Part shown: positions 63,242-64,000 of the stretch, piece after piece
Layout of the letters: each line of letters begins with the position of its first letter
Numbering within the stretch: the first letter of the stretch is position 1
Source: Ruditapes philippinarum
Taxonomy: Eukaryota
DNA: 64,000 nt
Direction of reading: 5' to 3'
Assembly: GCF_026571515.1 (NCBI RefSeq)
Contig: NW_026867092.1
Span: forward strand, 248,001 to 312,000
Notes under the pieces: model-generated
The model's database searches: none
The model's input: only the letters and a program-made list of their open reading frames with translations
Told to the model about the DNA's origin: nothing
Position numbers and translations under genes: made by a program

Positions 63242-64000
63242 TAAAAGCAGATTTGGAAAAAATAACCATTCCTTTATATACGCTATTTAAAATGTAAATA
63301 ATGGTTTCTAAAATCTAAACTTAAAAAAATCATAATCATAGTAAGACAAACAGCTGATAAATGTATTGTATCGATACGTGTAAAATCAATCAATCAATTG
63401 GTGATTTAGCACAATAAAATATTTGCCGTTGTGCTTATTACGTACCGTACCGTATAATCGGTCATATTGTAGAGATATTAAAAGTAAAAAATGTTACGTA
63501 TGTGAATTACATATAGTTATTACAAAGGTAACTAAGTTAACTGATTTTATCGAAATATTATTTCTGATTTTGATCCAGAATTACACCAATTTAGAGGTAG
63601 TTTTTGCCATAGTCTGGGGATTTTTCACACCAAATTGTAATGTATTGTTACTAAAATATTTCACTCTTAGTGCGTTGATGAAAGATACGAATTTTATTAT
63701 CTACATTGGATCTGACAAATATTATTCCACTTCCAAAAAATAAATGAACCGTTAAGTGGAACGTATAAACTCTCAGTCTAATTCCATAAAATTTCCGAAG
63801 AATGTTGTTTGTAAAATTCATATTGCATTTTATACTTAGTAACAATACGCGAAACATCGCACTCAATTATCACTAAGACTCAATTACAGATGCAAGCTGG
63901 GATGCTGCTCTTTTCTCTCCGAACGCAAATGAGACATACATACAGTTTTTGAAGTTCGATAAGTAAAACCAACATCAGTTTCAATACAAAACATATCTAA

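Overview
AT-rich eukaryotic (animal) genomic DNA with spliceosomal GT-AG introns. The repeat landscape suggests a bivalve mollusc, but that is inference. Exon structures were reconstructed by hand. (1) A 9-coding-exon STAMBP/AMSH K63-deubiquitinase (+, 34437-43095, 458 aa). (2) A 4-exon Ser-type (theta/delta-like) glutathione S-transferase (-, 48526-46510, 220 aa). (3) A 5-exon Zn-dependent MDR dehydrogenase resembling prokaryotic threonine 3-dehydrogenase (-, 54324-51493, 357 aa). (4) Head-to-head with gene 3 and 1.15 kb away, an intronless L-rhamnonate dehydratase (RhmD/LRA3-like; +, 55479-56762, 427 aa). (5) The first coding exon of a BMP/TGF-beta ligand, most like ADMP (+, 60618-60924). 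The first ~28 kb is probably intronic sequence of a large minus-strand gene. It holds non-autonomous elements: Helentron/HINE-like elements with 162-167 bp internal satellites, a TTAA-bounded piggyBac-like MITE trimer, a CAC...GTG element with ~650 bp TIRs and a 5-bp TSD (Transib/RAG-like), SINEs and MITEs. The best candidate for an undescribed system is the divergent dehydratase + MDR dehydrogenase pair. It could be an animal two-gene module for non-phosphorylative L-rhamnose (deoxy-sugar acid) catabolism, a pathway characterised in bacteria and fungi.
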